From Antedon mediterranea (lineage: Eukaryota; Animalia; Echinodermata): DNA of 64,000 bases. Both the position numbers and the translations under genes were made by a program. The notes beneath the pieces are model-generated. The model was not told the origin of the DNA. It did not search any database and saw only the letters and a list, made by a program, of their open reading frames with translations. Where the stretch lies: assembly GCF_964355755.1 (NCBI RefSeq), contig NC_092678.1, positions 22,151,365 through 22,215,364 of the forward strand, written 5' to 3'. Shown piece by piece: positions 59,101 to 64,000 of this stretch. How positions within the stretch are numbered: the stretch's first letter is position 1; each line of letters opens with the position of its first letter.

Positions 59101-61251
59101 AGCTAGATTTTTTTTCTAAACATAATGCAAAGTAGTTTTAATATTAAAAACAAAACACAAAAAACATGCTTTTTAAATTCATAAAAATGCTCCTTATAGT
59201 ATAGTTAGTTGTTGGTTGGACATATTTATTCTTTTTTTTTAAATTTTTTTTTTTTTAGTATCTTGCATCATTTCATCTTCGTCCATTTTAAGGACTACCC
59301 AGTAGCCCTAAAGCTCTGTCTACACTATCAAACTAGTTTGACAAAAAATTGTGAAGTGCCCAAATATGGTAGTGATATGACATAATCATGTATGGGGCCA
59401 TCACATAAAGTTTGATAGTGTAGACAGAGCTTAAGTAACTTTGTTGACCAAAACTACCAAAGACTTAAACAAACAAGTTCACTTTTAAGAGATTTCAATT
59501 GACGGCGTCTAGTGGTCTTTAATTGGAGGAAGATGCTATCATATCAATGATGTTTCTATATATAAACATTTAGTATGTTCTGCTATCAAAATCTTAAGCT
59601 CTGTCTACACTAACAAACTAGTGTGATGTGCCCAAATATTGTAGTGATATGCCCAAATATGGTAGTGATATGACATCATCGTGTCCATATATGGGCACAT
59701 CACATACAGTTTGATAGTGTAAACAGAGCCTTAGTGTTCAACATCTCCTATTTTTGCATGAAGTAGTTCTCAGTATTCGTATTCTTCAGATCATCTATTT
59801 CTTTTTTCCTTTTCTTCTTTCACTTTCATGTAAAGCATCAACCAACTCACGCTTAGTAAGTGAGGCTAGTAATGCCTCATCTAACTTGGCTTGGTCTTTT
59901 ACTGATGATTCCTTTGATGATGATGAGGAGGATGATGATATCCCTGTAATACCGCAAAGAACGAAAGAAATGTACCAGACGATAGGTATGCTACAGTAAT
60001 TGCAATCTTTACGACTTGGAACCAAGCACAAAAACGCCATGCGTACACTTCATTTACGACTGCATTCTGTTTTTAGGTTCTAGTTAAAATCTCATTGCAA
60101 ATTATTAATAGATTATCATTTAATTTTGTATTTTGATTTTTTTTCTCTTCATATCAACAGATGAAGCGAATGAGAAACCTAAACGCAATCATTTTCCAAC
60201 TATAACCTTGGGAAAAATTTTCGGAGTAAGTATTTTATTAAAGAAGTATTTCTGTTTGATTGGCTCCTCTGTGGACCTTATAAATAATGTATGTTTTTTT
60301 CAGCTTAATAAATACTTGCAACAAAAATTGTTTGGCACATATGGCGTGCCATACCTATATACAAACCAACATGGTTTTTTTTCTACTTTTACACCATTTT
60401 TCACAAAACAGTTATGTTTGTTTATATGTTGCTTTCCTTTTTTAAAGAAACGACCCAAACTACCAGACTTTCCCAGCCTCACTTCTTCCGGTGGTTCATC
60501 TAGTTCATCTTCCTCTGCTCCATCTCAACCTCAGCTGCCACAGCAACCACAGCATCCACAGCAACCACAACCAAAACAAGGAGAACATGACATGCACATT
60601 TTTGAAGCAATAAGTGAGTTCTTTATTAACCTGGATAATAGGTGTATCAAATAAGGGTAATGTAATATTAAGTGCTAAAGCTCTGTCTACACTATCAAAC
60701 TAGTTTGACAAAAAAAGTGTGATATGCCCAAATATGGTTAGTGATATGACATCATCATGTCCATATATGGGCACATCACATTTTTTTGGTCACATAAAGT
60801 TTGATAGTGTAGATTTTGACATTGTTGTTTTTGTGCAGCATTATTCTAAACAATACAAACGCATGTTTGGACACAGTGTTACTAAATTACTATTTCTTTC
60901 AGGGACAGCCACCTTCGAGACACAAGTAACATTTAGCCCAGGACCAATTACATATGAAAACACAGATATATGTGAGTATTTTATTTGAATGGGTTTTTTT
61001 TGTCAAATTGTATTGTTCTGAGCATCCCTAATTAGTTTCGGCTTGTTGGACCACCCTCGTAAAAAAAAAAGGTAAAATAAAGTCGGTGTGAAAATTAAAT
61101 TTATAGATATAAAGTATATGGTGTTGATTAACCTGCTAAATGACAAACGTTCTGTTTCTATTTTCTAGGTTTTCCGAGGAAAGTACCGAAACCAAAACAA
61201 CCAAAACGCAATCCGCCATGGCCGGAGAATTATTCCTTGCACTACAATTAA
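47007..61251 (+). CDS. PTPN12: Non-receptor tyrosine phosphatase of the PTP-PEST family (PTPN12/18/22-like), 17 exons, 920 aa
   Basis: join(47007-47120,49369-49477,49707-49783,54424-54558,55414-55482,55613-55675,55828-55970,56370-56436,56526-56603,56773-56889,57090-57120,57450-58676,59836-59985,60161-60225,60448-60613,60903-60971,61169-61251) = 2763 nt. Motifs: [59 protein letters not shown] (PEST-family Cys), VQSKEQY, a Pro/Ser-rich tail and a CTH-like end [17 protein letters not shown]. Likely co-ortholog of PTPN12/18/22. Confidence 0.93.
48616..48763 (+). mobile_element. 5'-truncated RTE-clade LINE 3' end
   Basis: [35 protein letters not shown]...* followed by a (TAA)n tail; the A-x-(D/E)R-x-x-W motif is typical of RTE ORF ends. 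Confidence 0.7.
49369..49477 (+). CDS. PTPN12: PTP exon 2
   Basis: [10 protein letters not shown]...[10 protein letters not shown]. Confidence 0.95.
49707..49783 (+). CDS. PTPN12: PTP exon 3
   Basis: [26 protein letters not shown]. Confidence 0.95.
50102..50255. mobile_element. MITE family A
   Basis: both TIRs, TTA TSD. Confidence 0.87.
50828..51170. mobile_element. MITE family D carrying a nested family A copy
   Basis: caaaattattctactgcagttactgcagtaact ... attactgcagtaactgaagtagtataatttt. Confidence 0.55.
50893..51015. mobile_element. MITE family A nested in a family D element
   Basis: left TIR plus core. Confidence 0.75.
51580..54290. repeat. 35-bp minisatellite, about 77 copies, in PTP intron 3
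   Basis: catggctacatagaccaggttcacactagcatgtt head-to-tail, no spacers. Confidence 0.97.
54424..54558 (+). CDS. PTPN12: PTP exon 4
   Basis: [45 protein letters not shown]. Confidence 0.95.
55187..55325. mobile_element. MITE family A
   Basis: left TIR, partial right TIR. Confidence 0.78.
55414..55482 (+). CDS. PTPN12: PTP exon 5
   Basis: [23 protein letters not shown]. Confidence 0.92.
55613..55675 (+). CDS. PTPN12: PTP exon 6
   Basis: [21 protein letters not shown]. Confidence 0.9.
55828..55970 (+). CDS. PTPN12: PTP exon 7 (WPD loop)
   Basis: [16 protein letters not shown]...PLLIHCS. Confidence 0.95.
55985..56200 (-). mobile_element. Decayed RTE-like LINE C-terminal fragment
   Basis: minus frame [18 protein letters not shown] resembles the RTE motif EGKIEGKRxRGRPRxxW. 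Confidence 0.45.
56370..56436 (+). CDS. PTPN12: PTP exon 8 (P-loop)
   Basis: [22 protein letters not shown]. Confidence 0.95.
56526..56603 (+). CDS. PTPN12: PTP exon 9
   Basis: [26 protein letters not shown]. Confidence 0.93.
56773..56889 (+). CDS. PTPN12: PTP exon 10
   Basis: [16 protein letters not shown]...[10 protein letters not shown]. Confidence 0.92.
57090..57120 (+). CDS. PTPN12: PTP exon 11 (31 nt)
   Basis: ggcag|[10 protein letters not shown]|gtaagt; required to bridge phase 0 to phase 1. Confidence 0.8.
57450..58676 (+). CDS. PTPN12: PTP exon 12 (large Pro/Ser-rich exon)
   Basis: Contains ORF 57593; acceptor cttctacag in frame; donor AG|gtaaag at 58677. Confidence 0.9.
59312..59431. 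mobile_element. MITE family A
   Basis: near-perfect TIRs, TAA TSD. Confidence 0.87.
59597..59730. mobile_element. MITE family A
   Basis: TIRs, TTA TSD. Confidence 0.85.
59836..59985 (+). CDS. PTPN12: PTP exon 13
   Basis: ...[27 protein letters not shown], resembling the PPLPERT motif of PTP-PEST. Confidence 0.82.
60161..60225 (+). CDS. PTPN12: PTP exon 14
   Basis: [22 protein letters not shown]|gtaagt. Confidence 0.78.
60448..60613 (+). CDS. PTPN12: PTP exon 15
   Basis: [11 protein letters not shown]...QPQ...HIFEAI|gtgagt. Confidence 0.8.
60679..60813. mobile_element. MITE family A
   Basis: left TIR, right TIR truncated. Confidence 0.82.
60903..60971 (+). CDS. PTPN12: PTP exon 16
   Basis: [23 protein letters not shown]|gtgagt. 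Confidence 0.8.
61169..61251 (+). CDS. PTPN12: PTP exon 17 (CTH-like terminus)
   Basis: [27 protein letters not shown]. Confidence 0.85.
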
Positions 61252-62230
61252 TGGATAAAAACAATACAACTTTATTTTTTATTTTATATGTTGTTGTAAA
61301 TTTAATACTGTCTATTGACTATTATTTGATCCATAGTCATAATGGTATATCAAAATTGTTTTTTATTATTTTTTCAAGTATTTAAACTGCCAATTGTTTT
61401 ATTATTATAAAATCTTATTTTTTTTAAAATACTAATTAGTTTTTGTATTTTATTAATTATACTATTCTTGGTTCTAGACGGAAAAGATTTTGGCACAAAC
61501 GGCGTGTCATATCTTTCAAAATATCCGTTGGTGACGTTCTTAAAGCAATACTAACAACATAGAAAGATGAGATTAGTCTACCTCTATGGCATGTTCTATT
61601 TAATACTAAAACATTTAATATTTTTGTAATGTAAATATTGCTAATTTTAGAATTATGAAACACATTAAATTTAATAATTGTTTTCATGCTACTTAATTTT
61701 CTTGCGATCATTTATTTTCGCAAAAATTCACATTTTTATAATAGTGTAGAAATAAAAGAGTGTTATTTAAAATTTAAACCATTTTTTAATGTTAAAAATA
61801 GATTACAATTTCATAAGAAAATATAGTTTATATTTGTGTATTAAATTAACAATAAATACATTTTAGATTAGAAAATGTTTACATTCTGTTGTTCTCAACT
61901 AAACACTAATTTGTTTGTAATATTTTGATATTTATGTACCATTATTAATAATTTGTATAATAATAATGTAAGTAAAATTAATAAGTTTGTTACAATAGAA
62001 GTTGTAGATTATAATTTGAGAATTGATACTAGATAGAGTATTTTATATAAAATAAGATATGGAAACATATTTGGAGAAGTATAAAAAGTCAAAAATACCA
62101 CTGTGGCTGTCGTTTATATTGAATGTAAAAATACATTTACACTGCAGGTCGGTGAATTTCATATAAATAATTTTTTTTTTATAGAAAGTTTAAGAATTCT
62201 TAATAGCTATGTTATCAAAGCGGCGCGGTA

Positions 62231-62440
62231 AGCGTGGTTCCCACTACTAGAACGCAACGCTGCGACGTATCGACGCAACGTGATGTATTGCGTAATCACA
62301 AGTGGGAACCGACGACGCAATAGTGCTGCAAAAAGCGCAGGTTTGATTTCACGCAGGCGGGGGAAAACACAATTATTGGAAGGGCATTTTCTTCCGTTGC
62401 GTAGGTTGCGTTACGTTACGTCGCTAGTGGGAACCAAGCT
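62231..62440. mobile_element. MITE family B (long subtype)
   Basis: agcgtggttcccact...agtgggaaccaagct. Confidence 0.85.
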
Positions 62441-62728
62441 TTAGTGATTGCATTGTATTTTCTACTAAACAGTAATTTACAGTTGTAAATATGACAAATT
62501 CTATAAGCTATTTTATACTATGTACTAGTTTGCTTGACTGGAAGATAATATAAGTTTATATTCTTTAAAAAGATGGTCTTCAAAGCATAAAAATAAACAG
62601 CAAAATAAAAGTGTTATTGTGATATTATTTTAAACTTTAATAATTTGTTAGATTAGATAATACATCGGTGCTTCAACTAATCTATTACAGTATTGAAAAG
62701 GTGAAGGTCGAAAAATAATTCTATCTGA

Positions 62729-62924
62729 AGGGTGGTTCCCACTAAAACGCAACGTAGCGACGTATCGACGCAAAGTGCTGCTGTATTGCGTAATCACAAG
62801 TGGGAACCAACGACGCAATAATGCTGCAAATATCGTAGGTTTGATTTCAAACACAATGATTGGAAGGGCATTTTCTTACGTTGCGTAGATTGCGTTACGT
62901 TGCGTCGCTAGTGAGAACCAAGCT
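62729..62924. mobile_element. MITE family B (long subtype)
   Basis: gtggttcccact...gtgagaaccaagct. Confidence 0.82.
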
Positions 62925-63121
62925 TTAATCTGCAACATACAGTTTTTCTAAGATTAAACTCGACCGACAGCTAAATAGATACGTTACAGCCCGCCCTCTA
63001 TGTTACTGAACGGTTAAACAATACCTGTTGTTGTTGATTGTATTGTGAATAAACCCAAAATACGGTGTGTTTTGTTATCAACCTAGCCTTCATTCCTTGA
63101 CGAGCCTGAACCGGAGTTAAA

Positions 63122-63184
63122 ATGAACAACAAGACAGGTGAAAACTCTGTCCACGATGGGCCTGACTCTATTGTGGAAGTGGAG
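63122..63184 (+). CDS. Possible first coding exon of a further + strand gene
   Basis: aaaATG...MNNKTGENSVHDGPDSIVEVE|gtaaga, GC-box (cccgccc) at about 62990; no recognisable homology and no convincing next exon. Confidence 0.3.
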
Positions 63185-64000
63185 GTAAGACTTGTACAAA
63201 TTACCAAACCATACAGGCTAAGAACTTTAAAGTTTGTAAGGTTTGCTAGTGTATTTGTTGAGGTTAGGTACATAATGAACCAAGGTTGACCAATCTATAT
63301 TGTTATTAATCAGTATTTGTCTTGAAGTAACAGTGTACATAACAAAACAGTGTCTAGAGGTCCGGTAGTTACTAAATGTTTGAGCTTTAGAAGGGATGTC
63401 CGTATTGTACTACCAGTAGACGCACATGGCATATCCACATAGCACGACATTCATTTATTCATTGACATTTGCCTATCCGATATATCACCTTATTACACTC
63501 GGATTCTATTTCAAATTCTACCTGTTTCATTTCATTCACATGTTCTGGTTTTAATGTTTATATATATTTATTATACTATACGTGAAGCGATCAGAGTCCA
63601 GCTAGATTATGTATATGCGTGTATTGTATTGTATGCGGATTGAACTGTGCGGTACTTTTTGTTCTCCTTTATTCATTCGTTAAATGAAGAATGCCAGTCT
63701 TTCGGTACAAAAAGAATAACCATTATGTGATGGCAAGTATGAAATTACTCAGCCATGCAACGTCAATGGCAAATCTTTTAGTTGTGTAAATTCTTCTTAC
63801 AGATATACCTACAACCGTGCATAAGTTATAACATTGATGAATTATAATTCCCTCTGTGGTTATCATACTTTAATAAAATGCCTGATTTTACTCATTATTT
63901 ATTTCTATAAAAATAAAAAATATATGACATATTGCTTTTACCAGCTGTCATGGAAAAAAATAAAACACCTGAATCGGATGGTCTAAGTGTTAAACATATT

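Noticed and set aside
63940-64000. Exon or gene start MEKNKTPESDGLSV
   Set aside because: Resembles a decayed LINE reverse-transcriptase K-x-PGxDG motif and is too short at the window edge to call.

Overview
AT-rich, intron-containing animal genomic DNA, probably a marine invertebrate such as an echinoderm (inferred from gene content and repeat types, not proven). Three spliced + strand genes can be built by hand with GT-AG introns and consistent phases: THOC7 (7 exons, 4997-17480, 204 aa, with a 9.5-kb last intron); a type II membrane-anchored short-chain-collagen-C4-like gene (5 exons, 30576-45069, 418 aa); and a PTP-PEST-family tyrosine phosphatase (PTPN12/18/22-like, 17 exons, 47007-61251, 920 aa). 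A small orphan gene is plausible at 1.1-2.9 kb. The rest is dense in non-autonomous elements: about 18 copies of one Harbinger-type MITE, a second CpG-rich Harbinger-type MITE, Kolobok-like and hAT-like MITEs, a Deu/Nin-domain tRNA-SINE, RTE LINE ends and several minisatellites, including a 2.7-kb array of 35-bp units. The most unusual signals are two 18-23 bp CA...TG palindromes with 7-bp direct flanks (P-element-like excision scars), a 1.24-kb foldback structure ending 16 bp before the THOC7 ATG, and a MITE whose internal 21-mer is expanding into a satellite. No CRISPR array, rRNA or prokaryotic system is visible. All gene models are manual and lack transcript support.
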